Sequence record: SRR31156797_17769
Length of the DNA stretch: 37,702 nucleotides
Strand: one strand, 5' to 3'
Shown: piece after piece, positions 9,598-18,610 of the stretch
Layout of the letters: the number at the start of each line of letters is the position of its first letter
How positions within the stretch are numbered: position 1 is the first letter of the stretch
The notes under the pieces: generated by a model
Seen by the model: the letters and a program-made list of their open reading frames with translations, nothing else
Told to the model about the DNA's origin: nothing
Databases searched by the model: none
Position numbers and translations under genes: made by a program

Positions 9598-11307
9598 TTG
9601 CCTTGCATTTGGAAACCTCGCGGTGAAGAAACCGCTCCCGCTTCTGCTGCGTCTATTGCAGAGGAATTGTCTGTCTCGCCGTTAATTGTTGAAATCCTGT
9701 GGAATCGTGGTCTGACTGACGTGGAGGAGATGGACAAGTTTTTAAGTCCGTTGCTTCGTCATATGGCGAACCCAGCCGAAATTCCCGGCCTAACGCAGGC
9801 TGTCGAAGTCTTGGCTCAAGGCTTGGCAGAGGGACGGACTCTTGCCGTTTGGGGTGATTATGATGTGGATGGCATAACAGCTACGGCTGTTATCAAAGAA
9901 TTTTTCGCTATGCATGACATGGAAATCATGCACCACCTGCCCAATCGCATGGAAGAAGGCTACGGCATGAATGTCCCCGGTGTAGAACACCTGCACGAAC
10001 AGGGTGCCACCATGCTGCTTACCGTAGATTGTGGTATTTCCGATATGGAACCTGTGGCTCGTGCTCGCGAACTCGGCATGACCGTGATTGTGTCGGACCA
10101 TCACCTGCCGGGCGAAGAGATGCCCGATGCCCATGCTATTTGTGATCCGCGTTTGGAAGACGGTGGCTCGTGTGATGACCTTGCCGGAGTGGGCGTAGCT
10201 TTTATGCTTATGGTCGCCCTCAATAAATTGCTTCCCGGTGATCCTGTAGATGTCCGTCCGTTGCTCGATCTTGTCGCCCTTGGTACCATCGCTGACATAG
10301 TCAAGCTGACCGGCCAGAATCGTATTCTGGTCAAGAATGGTTTGCTTCTTATTAAGGAAGCCAAACGTCCCGGCATGGCCGCGCTTAAGGTCGTCAGTGA
10401 TTATGAACGTGGTGCAGAACTCGGTGCTGGTCAAATTGGATTCAACCTCGCGCCGCGTATCAATGCAGCCGGACGTATGGGGGACCCGACCAAGGCGCTG
10501 AATCTTTTGTTGGCCAAGGACTTTGATACGGCCATGCCCATTGCCGAGGAGTTGAACGCCATCAACATGGAGCGCCGTCGGCAGGAGCAGGAGATTTCGG
10601 ATCAGGCTTTTGAACAGGCTGAAAGCATGCGTCACATGGCCGGACTGGTCTTGTACGGCGAAGATTGGCATCCCGGCATAATCGGCATTGTGGCTTCTCG
10701 TGTTGTCGAGAAATTTTATCGTCCCACGCTCATCCTGTGTTCGCCTGAGGCTTCTGAAGGACTGCTTAAAGGATCAGGTCGGAGCATCGCCGAATTTAAT
10801 TTGTACGAAGGGTTGAAAGCAGTCAGTGGGGTGTTGGTCGGGTTTGGTGGGCACAAACAGGCGGCAGGGATGTCTCTTGAGGCTGAGAACTTGACCGCTT
10901 TGCGCGAACAATTCAACCAGCACGTGATCGATACGCTCGGTCCAGAGCCGTTGACGCCAACGCTCAAGCTTGATCACGAACTTGGCTTTTCCAACATCAA
11001 TAATACATTGCTTCAGGAGTTGGAACTTCTTCAGCCGTTCGGCATGGGGAATCCCGAGCCGGTGTTTGCCACTCAGCCGATCACTGTCGCTGAGCATCGA
11101 ACCTTTGGCCGTGAACATGAGCACGTCAAACTCGTGCTTCAGGATAAGGAGACCGGGGCCAAGTTCCCCGGCAAGGCATGGCGCATGGGGAGCAGTCTTC
11201 CCAGAGACATTCAAGGCAGAACAATGCGGTTTGCCTTCACTCCGAAAATTGATCGCTATCGAGGTATCCCAAAGATAGATTTACGTATTCGCGATTGGCT
11301 GTATTGA
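9598..11307 (+). CDS. recJ: Single-stranded-DNA-specific exonuclease RecJ (TTG start)
   Basis: GDYDVDG, TVDCGI, SDHH, LGTIADIV, APRINAAGR, WHPGIIGIVASR, GSGRS, GGHKQAAG, PFGMGNPEP. Confidence 0.96.
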   Translation: MPCIWKPRGEETAPASAASIAEELSVSPLIVEILWNRGLTDVEEMDKFLSPLLRHMANPAEIPGLTQAVEVLAQGLAEGRTLAVWGDYDVDGITATAVIKEFFAMHDMEIMHHLPNRMEEGYGMNVPGVEHLHEQGATMLLTVDCGISDMEPVARARELGMTVIVSDHHLPGEEMPDAHAICDPRLEDGGSCDDLAGVGVAFMLMVALNKLLPGDPVDVRPLLDLVALGTIADIVKLTGQNRILVKNGLLLIKEAKRPGMAALKVVSDYERGAELGAGQIGFNLAPRINAAGRMGDPTKALNLLLAKDFDTAMPIAEELNAINMERRRQEQEISDQAFEQAESMRHMAGLVLYGEDWHPGIIGIVASRVVEKFYRPTLILCSPEASEGLLKGSGRSIAEFNLYEGLKAVSGVLVGFGGHKQAAGMSLEAENLTALREQFNQHVIDTLGPEPLTPTLKLDHELGFSNINNTLLQELELLQPFGMGNPEPVFATQPITVAEHRTFGREHEHVKLVLQDKETGAKFPGKAWRMGSSLPRDIQGRTMRFAFTPKIDRYRGIPKIDLRIRDWLY

Positions 11308-11331
11308 TGCAGTAGTCAAAAAAATAACTTT

Positions 11332-11381
11332 AAAACCAGAATGGCGCACCATGCATTAAGCAGGGTGCGCCATTCTGGCTT
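11332..11381. terminator. Hairpin between convergent recJ and lipA (probable terminator)
   Basis: CCAGAATGGCGCACC (11336-11350) / GGTGCGCCATTCTGG (11364-11378) 15-bp stem; the left A-tract gives a U-tail on the minus strand. Confidence 0.7.
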
Positions 11382-11419
11382 GAATTGAGATTCTTAAGAG
11401 ATCTGCCAACAGGCCACCT

Positions 11420-11516
11420 TCGCCGCAGGCGACACATAAAGTTTTGGAGAGCTCAGAGAACCTTTTTCAAAAGGTTCTCTGGCGGGTCCAAGGGCAGCGC
11501 CCTGGCCGCCGGAGGC
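11420..11516 (-). repeat. REP-like palindromic element, copy A
   Basis: Minus strand reads GCCTCCGGCGGCC...CAGAGAACCTTT-TGAA-AAAGGTTCTCTG..CTCTCCAAAACTTT; homologous to 28652-28740, 28805-28905 and 37667-37702. Confidence 0.85.
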
Positions 11517-11517
11517 C

Positions 11518-12387
11518 CTACACGAAGTCGGCCGCGTTGTAGCTTGACCGGACGAGTGGTGCGCTGAACATGTGCTTGATGCCGCGCTTTTTGCCTTCCT
11601 CGGCGTACTTGTCGAAAACTTCTGGCTCCACATAGCGTTTGACCATGGGGTGCTGGCGACTGGGCTGCATGTATTGGCCGATGGTGACGATGTCACAGTC
11701 CACGGCGGCGAAATCGTCGAGAACCGTCATGATCTGTTCGTCGTTTTCACCCAGACCGACCATGATGCCGGACTTGGTGGGAATGTTCGGGGCCATGCGT
11801 TTGGCGTTGACCAGCACGTCGAGAGACTGACGGTAGTTAGCCTGTGGTCGGATATCGTCATAGAGAGCCGCCACAGTCTCAAGGTTGTGGTTGAGCACGT
11901 TGGGACGAGCATCAAGCACGGTTTTGAGAGCGTCCTGATCTCCTTGGAAATCCGGGATGAGCACTTCAATGGTACAATCGGGCATGACCTGTTGCACGGC
12001 CTTGATGGTGGCCGCGAAGTGAGCGGCTCCTCCGTCAGGCAGGTCGTCGCGGGTGACGGAGGTGATGACTACGTGCTTGAGCTTGAGGCGTTTGGCAGCC
12101 TCGGCCACACGGGCTGGTTCCGTCGGATCAAGCTGTTCGAGATCGCCGGAAACGATGTTGCAGAAGGCGCAGTTGCGCGTGCAGATCGAGCCCATGATCA
12201 GGAATGTTGCCACGTTCTTGGAAAAACATTCCCACTTGTTCGGACACTTGGCGCTCTGACAGACCGTGTTGAGATTCAGGTCCGCTATCAAGCCGGAAGT
12301 GTTGGTGAAATTTTCGTTATTCGGCAGCTTTATGCGCAACCATTTGGGAATCCGCAAAGGCTTTTCGGAATTCTTTTTCAAAGACAT
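11518..12387 (-). CDS. lipA: Lipoyl synthase
   Basis: TVCQSAKCPNKWEC (CX4CX5C), ICTRNCAFC, VITSVTRDDLPDGGA, NHNLETV, GQYMQPS, PLVRSSY. Confidence 0.97.
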   Translation of the reverse strand: MSLKKNSEKPLRIPKWLRIKLPNNENFTNTSGLIADLNLNTVCQSAKCPNKWECFSKNVATFLIMGSICTRNCAFCNIVSGDLEQLDPTEPARVAEAAKRLKLKHVVITSVTRDDLPDGGAAHFAATIKAVQQVMPDCTIEVLIPDFQGDQDALKTVLDARPNVLNHNLETVAALYDDIRPQANYRQSLDVLVNAKRMAPNIPTKSGIMVGLGENDEQIMTVLDDFAAVDCDIVTIGQYMQPSRQHPMVKRYVEPEVFDKYAEEGKKRGIKHMFSAPLVRSSYNAADFV

Positions 12388-12976
12388 TTTTAGCGTCCTT
12401 CATATCTATTTCGTGTCCGGCTTCTGTTGAAAGAGAGGTGGGAACCGCCCCTTGGATGCCGCACAATGTGATGGCGTTGAACAGGCTGACGTCACTACCG
12501 ATGTTGAGGGCCAGACCGTGGTAGGTGACCCAACGGCGAACGCCGATGCCCATTGAGCATATTTTCCGTGTTTCGTCCACCCATACGCCGGGATGTTTGG
12601 GGCGTCGGATGGTCTGTACGCCGAAATGCGCGCAGGTGTTGATGACGGCCTCTTCCATGTCGTGGAAGAATTTTCTCATGCCGCCGGGACGTTTTTCGAC
12701 CCGCCAGATAGGGTAGGCCACGAGCTGGCCCGGAAAGTGACAGGTGATGTTCCCGCCACGGGTGGTTTGGGCCAGTTCGATACCGTGTTCGGCAAGTAAA
12801 GCCTTATCCATATGCAGATTTTCGGCTCCGCCCTGACGGCCAAGCGTAATAACCTTGGGATGTTCGAGGATGAACACGGTATTGTCTTCGGAACCGGCAG
12901 TGACCGCTTCCAACGTCTTGAGTTGCAGGGCTTCGGCTTTTTTGTAGCTGATCAGCCCGAGGTCTATGATCTTCAT
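12317..12976 (-). CDS. lipB: Octanoyltransferase
   Basis: LEHPKVITLGR, RGGNITCHFPGQLVAYPI, PGVWV, KICSMG, TYHGLALN; 3' end overlaps the lipA start. Confidence 0.95.
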   Translation of the reverse strand: MKIIDLGLISYKKAEALQLKTLEAVTAGSEDNTVFILEHPKVITLGRQGGAENLHMDKALLAEHGIELAQTTRGGNITCHFPGQLVAYPIWRVEKRPGGMRKFFHDMEEAVINTCAHFGVQTIRRPKHPGVWVDETRKICSMGIGVRRWVTYHGLALNIGSDVSLFNAITLCGIQGAVPTSLSTEAGHEIDMKDAKNVFEKEFRKAFADSQMVAHKAAE

Positions 12977-14106
12977 TTCTTTTTGGTTGTTTTGGGCGTG
13001 TATGGAAGAATGATCGCCTTGGATTTAAGGTCGGTTTTGGGTTTTTCAGGCCATGTCGGAATAAACATTTGGCCCGGGAACAGTGACCGGGTCTTCGGGG
13101 GAATGTCAATGAGAGTCAGCCCATGATCGGAACAGGCGTATTGGCCCCTGTTGCCGTGCAGCTTGAATGGTTCGGATATGGCTCGAACAGCTCCCCAGCT
13201 TTCACTGCCTTTTTTCGAGAGATAAAGGAAGTTGAGTGTGACGTTGTCTTTTTCAAGTTCTGCATCTCGTGAAATCTTTTCCAGCCATTTGGGTGCATCT
13301 TTTACAGAAAAGTTGAAGTGACACCACGGTGCACTCTGGGTCATGGCTGGCATGGGACATTCATCACAGTGCGGACAGGGGGCAATGGGTTTGAAGCCTT
13401 TCTCAAGCATTTGCGTGCGCATCTCCGAGATAATACGTCCGGTCATGCGGACGCCTGTTTCGATGAGCAGAATACGTCCGGTGTCTTTGGTCGAATTTGA
13501 AAGGTGCTTTGATAGAATTTCAGCCTGCGGGCGCGTGGTTCGGCCAGACCAGTCCAGTTCATTGAACGCGTTGGCGACCATGAGGAGATCGACTTTTTTA
13601 TGAAGTCGGTCCGTGAACCGGGCTTTGACTGTTTTGATACGCCACGGAGAATCTTTTCCTGCCATGGCGTGGAAAAGTTTGAGACCTGTCTGCATGGATT
13701 TGGGGGAAAGGTCCATACAGGTGAAGTTGAGCTTGCGGGTGCGCAGATGTGGGCGCGACATCCATAGAGCCAGTACAGCCGTCAATGGCCCGGAGCCGAG
13801 ATCGGCAATTTCGCCACCGTCAGGGATATCCAGTTCCAGACCGGCAAACAGCCGGGACATGCGATACAGGTTCCATGGAAGGAAATAGTAGAGATACGGC
13901 GACAGAAATTTGTCGTCGGTCATGTATTCCTTGCGGCGTTGGGTGCGCTCATTGGTAAGACCTCGTGACATATCCCTGATGTCATATTTCAGGTGGTCGC
14001 GGTGTTTGCCTTTGAGAGGCCACACCTTTTTCAAGTGAGCGCCGAAACGTTCCAACTCTGACGCATTCTTCGGGGTGAGATTGGGAAAGAGTCCATCAAT
14101 CGACAT
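12973..14106 (-). CDS. Rsm22/METTL17-like SAM-dependent methyltransferase-fold protein
   Basis: YLYYFLPWN, SAM motif ADLGSGPLT, ANAFNEL, LLIETG, IAPCPHCDECP..WCHF. Start placed at the ATG (MSIDG) overlapping the upstream gene end. Confidence 0.75.
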   Translation of the reverse strand: MSIDGLFPNLTPKNASELERFGAHLKKVWPLKGKHRDHLKYDIRDMSRGLTNERTQRRKEYMTDDKFLSPYLYYFLPWNLYRMSRLFAGLELDIPDGGEIADLGSGPLTAVLALWMSRPHLRTRKLNFTCMDLSPKSMQTGLKLFHAMAGKDSPWRIKTVKARFTDRLHKKVDLLMVANAFNELDWSGRTTRPQAEILSKHLSNSTKDTGRILLIETGVRMTGRIISEMRTQMLEKGFKPIAPCPHCDECPMPAMTQSAPWCHFNFSVKDAPKWLEKISRDAELEKDNVTLNFLYLSKKGSESWGAVRAISEPFKLHGNRGQYACSDHGLTLIDIPPKTRSLFPGQMFIPTWPEKPKTDLKSKAIILPYTPKTTKKK

Positions 14107-15646
14107 AGCTAAACCGCATCCTTTGTATAAATTCATCACCAAATCCCGTATCGCCTGTCAGGTCAAGCCGGATCATGGTATCGGGCAGGGACTCGGCAAA
14201 ATGCCGGGCCTGCTTGTCAGTGGTCAGTATTTCAGTTCCTCTCAGGGAGGAGTTGCCTGCCTTAATTGCTTTGTTTTTGCAACCGGGAGGCAGGAACCCG
14301 AGAGTTTCCAGATCCTCCAAGCTTACGTATTCGCCCAGAGCGCCGGCAATGTAAATTTTCTTCAAGCCTGTTGGACCGAATCCTGCGGCATTGAGCAGGG
14401 CTGACATAGCCAGATTGAAGGCCGCTTTTACTTTGAGGATTTCTTCGATGTCCGAAGCCGGGAGATGGAGCGTGTCGTTGATGACAAAGGCTGGTTCACC
14501 TTGAAGGGTTGTAACCTTGTCGGCCAATTTTGCTGCCAGCGGCGTGGTGCCTGTGTCGAATTGTCCAGATTCATTGACTACGCCATGCTTGCGCAGGATG
14601 GCGACCAACGAGAGATATCCAGTGCCGGTCATGCCGGTTTTCTCGGAGGCTGAGTCATCGAAATAACGAGATTCAAGCCCCTTGGGTGTCAGGGTGAATC
14701 CGGTGATGGCTCCGGGGCCTGCAGTTCGTCCAAAGGAGAGTCCAACACCCTCAAGGGCTGGTCCCATGGGGACACTGGCGCAGATTCGTTTGTCCGGGGA
14801 CAGGGCAAGAATGAATTCTCCATTGGTACCGAGGTCGGCCAATAGAAATGGGTAATCTGGTGTGTCGCGATATTCCAACGCAGTTAATCCGGCGGAAATG
14901 TCCGCGCCTACGAATGGTGCGAGTAGGGGCGGAATGTACGCATCTGGTAGCTCGGTTGTCAGGTGTTGTTCATTTCCACCGGTGTAAGACAGTGTGTACG
15001 GGGCAGTAGCGAGGCCGTCCGGTTCCATACCGAGCAGGATGTATGTCATGACCGAATTGCCGGAAACCACGAGCGCGGTACATGAGCCGTCGAGTGTGGC
15101 AGCCGTTGTCTGTACCAGCTCTGTGAGTCGATCAACAATGAGGGCGCGTAACACCGTTCGACCTTTCGGGGTGGCTGCTACCGCCAATCGTGACATGACC
15201 TCGGAGCCGAGACCTATCTGCGGGTTGAGCTCCTGTCCCGATGCCACGAGAACGTCATCAATAAGGGCAGTCCAGTGAATGGACGTGGTGCCAAGATCGA
15301 CGGCCAGAGAAAAGTTGCCGGTTCTGTTTGCAAGGCTGTGTGTGGTCGGTTTTGAACGGATCGGTTCCGGCAGTTCAATGTCACACGATTCGGACGGGTG
15401 CAGACAGGCGAGCCGCCAGCCTTGAGCAATGGCGTCCTCACCAAGTTTTTTTATTTCGTCGGCAGTGTCTGTCGGGGCGTCATTCACATAACGAACACGG
15501 CATAACCCACATTTGCCCATGCCTGAACAGAGCGGTACGCCATGCCACAGACCACCCAGGAAGATGGCGCGGGCCAAAGTGTCACCGGAATTCGGTTCAA
15601 GGGCGATATGTTCGCTAGTATGTGTGTGAATGTGTATGCTCACCAT
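14096..15646 (-). CDS. ASKHA-family ATPase with N-terminal 2Fe-2S domain (RACo/DUF4445 corrinoid reductive activator-like)
   Basis: LCSGMGKCGLCRV..RLAC ferredoxin; AVDLGTTS; NPQ..GSEVMSR; FVGADI.AG; DLGTNGE; GPALEG; AGALG; GNSSLRG. GGAG RBS before ATG 15646. Confidence 0.88.
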   Translation of the reverse strand: MVSIHIHTHTSEHIALEPNSGDTLARAIFLGGLWHGVPLCSGMGKCGLCRVRYVNDAPTDTADEIKKLGEDAIAQGWRLACLHPSESCDIELPEPIRSKPTTHSLANRTGNFSLAVDLGTTSIHWTALIDDVLVASGQELNPQIGLGSEVMSRLAVAATPKGRTVLRALIVDRLTELVQTTAATLDGSCTALVVSGNSVMTYILLGMEPDGLATAPYTLSYTGGNEQHLTTELPDAYIPPLLAPFVGADISAGLTALEYRDTPDYPFLLADLGTNGEFILALSPDKRICASVPMGPALEGVGLSFGRTAGPGAITGFTLTPKGLESRYFDDSASEKTGMTGTGYLSLVAILRKHGVVNESGQFDTGTTPLAAKLADKVTTLQGEPAFVINDTLHLPASDIEEILKVKAAFNLAMSALLNAAGFGPTGLKKIYIAGALGEYVSLEDLETLGFLPPGCKNKAIKAGNSSLRGTEILTTDKQARHFAESLPDTMIRLDLTGDTGFGDEFIQRMRFSYVD

Positions 15647-15758
15647 GTTCTCCGTTGGTGCCGGGAGACTAGCGTATGGGCCGAGCCATGTAAATGTTGT
15701 TGCGCACTCTTGGCAGCGGCGGGTTGGGCTGTTAGTATTGTACACACAAGGGAAAAAC

Positions 15759-16142
15759 GTGTTCAAGAATCCATTTAAAGTCGCAGTCAAACAATCATCA
15801 GGAAAGCGTGCTGCTTATCGTGCCAAAATTAGTGGTTTGCACGTTAAGGTTGTCGGGCGTCCTTCTGTGTATTCCGCTTCGGATCTGAGCCCTACAGGGC
15901 TTGGATTGTCCGGTTCTACCGGTATGCGTGAAGGAGATGTTTTTGTTTTGAGTCTTTATCTCAAGGGGAAGCGGGTGGCTGCTGATCTTCAGGCGCGGGT
16001 TGTCCGAGCCAAACCCATGTTTACCGGTTTGGTCTTTGTGAATCCCGATAGACGCCAAATGGATGCCTTGCATGCTCTGGTGCTTGAAGAGCAGAAAGAG
16101 CAGGCCGAAGAGCGGAAAAAGATTCGATACAGGTTTGATTAG
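15759..16142 (+). CDS. Stand-alone PilZ domain protein
   Basis: c-di-GMP-binding motifs RAAYR (RxxxR) and DLSPTG (DxSxxG); GTG start after AAGGG. Confidence 0.8.
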   Translation: MFKNPFKVAVKQSSGKRAAYRAKISGLHVKVVGRPSVYSASDLSPTGLGLSGSTGMREGDVFVLSLYLKGKRVAADLQARVVRAKPMFTGLVFVNPDRRQMDALHALVLEEQKEQAEERKKIRYRFD

Positions 16143-16942
16143 CAGCGGTTCATACGTTTGAGTGCATCATCCAGATGTTTGAGCCAGATATCAACCAACC
16201 GGTCATATTCTCCGGCTCCTTTTAACAGCGGCTCACATTTGATACCTGCTGTTTCAAGGCGGGATTTCCAGCTTGTCTCCGAGTCGCCTATCATGTCGCG
16301 TGCAACGTGCCAGCCCGCTCCAAACAGGAAGGGAACAAGGTATGCTTTTTTGACCCCGTTTCCCTTGAATCGTTCGATCACGACATCAATACCCGCTTCT
16401 TTCTGATGTTCCATGACTCCCATGTGGACGGTCTTGTCCCGTTTTTGGAAGGCGCGATGCATGGCCTCATAATATATGCTGCCGTCGTGGCGGGTGCCAT
16501 GTCCCATGAAGAGTACCGCGTCGTTTTCCCCTTTACCCTCTTCCGCAATGGACATAATGATGTCAGCCACCTGTTCAAGGCCGGTTTCTCCTGCAACGAG
16601 CGGGAAGCCCACTTCCACGCGGTTGAAGCCGCCTTCTTTGAGCATTTGATCATTCGCTAGACTGAGGAGTTCATGGAATTCGGTACCGGGGATAAGGTGG
16701 AGCGACTGAATGGCTACATGGGTTACGCCGTCTTCAAGAAGGCGGTCCAGAGCCATGGGCACGGAATCCACTGCCTCGCCTGCTTTTTCCATATGACCAC
16801 GGATGATGCTGGATGTATAAGCTACGCGTACGGGCACGTCGGGATATGCTTTGTTAACTCGTTCGATGATGTGATCGAGCGAGGCCATGGCATTTTTGTT
16901 GCGTGAGCCGAAGGCGGCGAGGACAATGGCTGTTTTCATCAT
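16139..16942 (-). CDS. cbiK: Sirohydrochlorin cobaltochelatase, cytoplasmic CbiK type
   Basis: AIVLAAFGS, AYTSSIIR, QSLHLIPGTEF, LFMGHGT, AGWHVARDM; no signal peptide. Confidence 0.88.
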   Translation of the reverse strand: MMKTAIVLAAFGSRNKNAMASLDHIIERVNKAYPDVPVRVAYTSSIIRGHMEKAGEAVDSVPMALDRLLEDGVTHVAIQSLHLIPGTEFHELLSLANDQMLKEGGFNRVEVGFPLVAGETGLEQVADIIMSIAEEGKGENDAVLFMGHGTRHDGSIYYEAMHRAFQKRDKTVHMGVMEHQKEAGIDVVIERFKGNGVKKAYLVPFLFGAGWHVARDMIGDSETSWKSRLETAGIKCEPLLKGAGEYDRLVDIWLKHLDDALKRMNRC

Positions 16943-17652
16943 TGCTTGTTCTTTTTTACCAATGCCAGCGAGAAATAGTGTGGCGTTTTCGGGGCATCCT
17001 TGATGTCCATGAGAATGGATTCATCGTCCATGCCTAGCCGGGAGACCAGAACGGTCTTGTCGTCCAGGCGGAGCCGGGTCAGGGTGTCCCGTATTTCTTC
17101 AAAGTTTTTGTACGCCTTGAGAATAACGGCATTGTCCGCCACGTCAAGCTGTGCTTCTAATTTTTCGGGGTCTGTGACACCGGAAGTGATGAGCAGGGAC
17201 TCTTTGGACTCGCACAGGACCAGTCCTATTTTGGATGCAGCGGCGTGGAAAGAGGTAATGCCGGGGATGGCCTGAAGTTTGATCGAAGGGTCTTTGATGA
17301 GCAGAGTGCGCTGCAAATATCCATAGGTGGAGTAAGTCAGCGGATCGCCCAACGTCAGGAAGGCCGCGCTTTGGCCGTTATTCAGGACTTCGGCCACAAT
17401 GTCGGCGTTGGCCGTCCATGCCTGTTCCAATTCGTTCTTATCTTTGGTCATGGGGAAACCAAGCTGGATAACGCGGACGCCTTTTTTGAGGTGCGGCTTG
17501 GCAATGGCGTATGCCGTGGAGTAGTCGTTCTTGGTAGACGCGGCGGCAAAGATGACATCAACCTCGCCAAGAGCGCGTACTGCCTTGAGGGTGAGAAGTT
17601 CCGGGTCGCCGGGGCCGACGCCTATGCCGTAGAGAATGCCTTTTTTTATCAC
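16939..17652 (-). CDS. cbiL: Precorrin-2/cobalt-factor II C20-methyltransferase
   Basis: LYGIGVGPGDPELLTLKA, FPMTKD, FLTLGDPLTYSTY, IPGITSF, YFSL; GTG start after AAAGGA. Confidence 0.9.
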   Translation of the reverse strand: MIKKGILYGIGVGPGDPELLTLKAVRALGEVDVIFAAASTKNDYSTAYAIAKPHLKKGVRVIQLGFPMTKDKNELEQAWTANADIVAEVLNNGQSAAFLTLGDPLTYSTYGYLQRTLLIKDPSIKLQAIPGITSFHAAASKIGLVLCESKESLLITSGVTDPEKLEAQLDVADNAVILKAYKNFEEIRDTLTRLRLDDKTVLVSRLGMDDESILMDIKDAPKTPHYFSLALVKKNKQ

Positions 17653-17704
17653 GATATATCCTTTGGGCAGAGCGTGGTTATTCGTGCTCTGCTGTGTATC
17701 AATG

Positions 17705-18610
17705 TTAGTTATGGTCAACCCGGTGCAAGAGTTCATGGACTGTTTCGATGCCTTGCAAAAGTCGCATGGTAGGGCGCGATACAAGATGTTCATCTACCAG
17801 AAAAACACCGTTGTTCAAGACAGCCATGATGCGGGATGCGGCCGGACCGTTTTTGATGGTGTTGATTGATACCTGATTCATGGGACCTATCTGGGCTAGA
17901 TAGACATCAATTTTGCTCGATTTTGCCAGTAATCGTTCCAATCCATAAGAAGCGATGTTCGTGCCGCGCCTTGATTTGGCATCGGTGGCTACGTTGATCC
18001 CGCCTGCTCTTTTGAGAACGAACAGGGGCATGGAGCCGGGAGAAAATGTTGAAAGTTTGGAATGAATGGATTCAAAGAACACCGTGGGGCGTTCGTTGAG
18101 TGGGAATTCATCCAGTCGTTTGTCAGCTTCTACCAAACCGTCTTTGAAATCTTCGATCATATATTCAGCCTGCATCTCCCGACCGGTTAAATGACCGAGG
18201 GTACGCCAATAGTCGTACATTTCATCGATAGTGTTTGGCTGGAGGGAAACAACCGTGATGCCATGTCGTTTAAGTGTCTTCCAGAGTGCTGGATACCCTC
18301 GTTTCAACATGGGGCGGATAAGGATCAAATCCGGTTTTGCTGCCAGAAATTTTTCTACGCCGTCACGTGCATTAAAAGTGGTTTTTTGTAAGGCAAGGGC
18401 CGGGTAGTCTTCGGTCCGGCTGACACCGATGATTTCATCTTCAAGGCCGAGGCCAAAAAGATTTTCTGAATGGGCGGCATACAACGATATAATTCGTGTA
18501 AATGGTTTATCGAATGTGACAGTCTGCCCGGAGTCATCGGTGATAGTACGTCCGAAAGCCGGTGTGCAGAGCATGGTCATGCAGATGAAAGAGAGGAGAA
18601 TGCGAATCAA
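17705..18610 (-). CDS. ABC transporter substrate-binding protein (BtuF/FepB-like; cobalamin or metal-tetrapyrrole)
   Basis: Signal peptide, ITDDSG, RIISL, IIGVS, AGGINVA, SRPTMRLLQGIE. Confidence 0.88.
   Translation of the reverse strand: MIRILLSFICMTMLCTPAFGRTITDDSGQTVTFDKPFTRIISLYAAHSENLFGLGLEDEIIGVSRTEDYPALALQKTTFNARDGVEKFLAAKPDLILIRPMLKRGYPALWKTLKRHGITVVSLQPNTIDEMYDYWRTLGHLTGREMQAEYMIEDFKDGLVEADKRLDEFPLNERPTVFFESIHSKLSTFSPGSMPLFVLKRAGGINVATDAKSRRGTNIASYGLERLLAKSSKIDVYLAQIGPMNQVSINTIKNGPAASRIMAVLNNGVFLVDEHLVSRPTMRLLQGIETVHELLHRVDHN

Noticed and set aside
9790-10671. 293-aa minus-strand ORF, and similar long antisense ORFs over DUF4416, TPR, HDOD, pdxA and hypE
   Set aside because: They overlap well-supported genes on the opposite strand and lack RBS or domain signatures.
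11385-11696. Short ORFs spanning repeat copy A
   Set aside because: Translations of palindromic repeat and lipA-overlapping sequence with no coding support.
11572-12393. 273-aa plus-strand ORF
   Set aside because: Antisense shadow of lipA.
15647-15790. N-terminal extensions from the ORF track (also 14107-14142, 17653-17793, 25196-25333, 31654-31767, 36490-36597)
   Set aside because: They overlap neighbouring genes or promoters; downstream starts have an RBS or coupling and match family N-termini.
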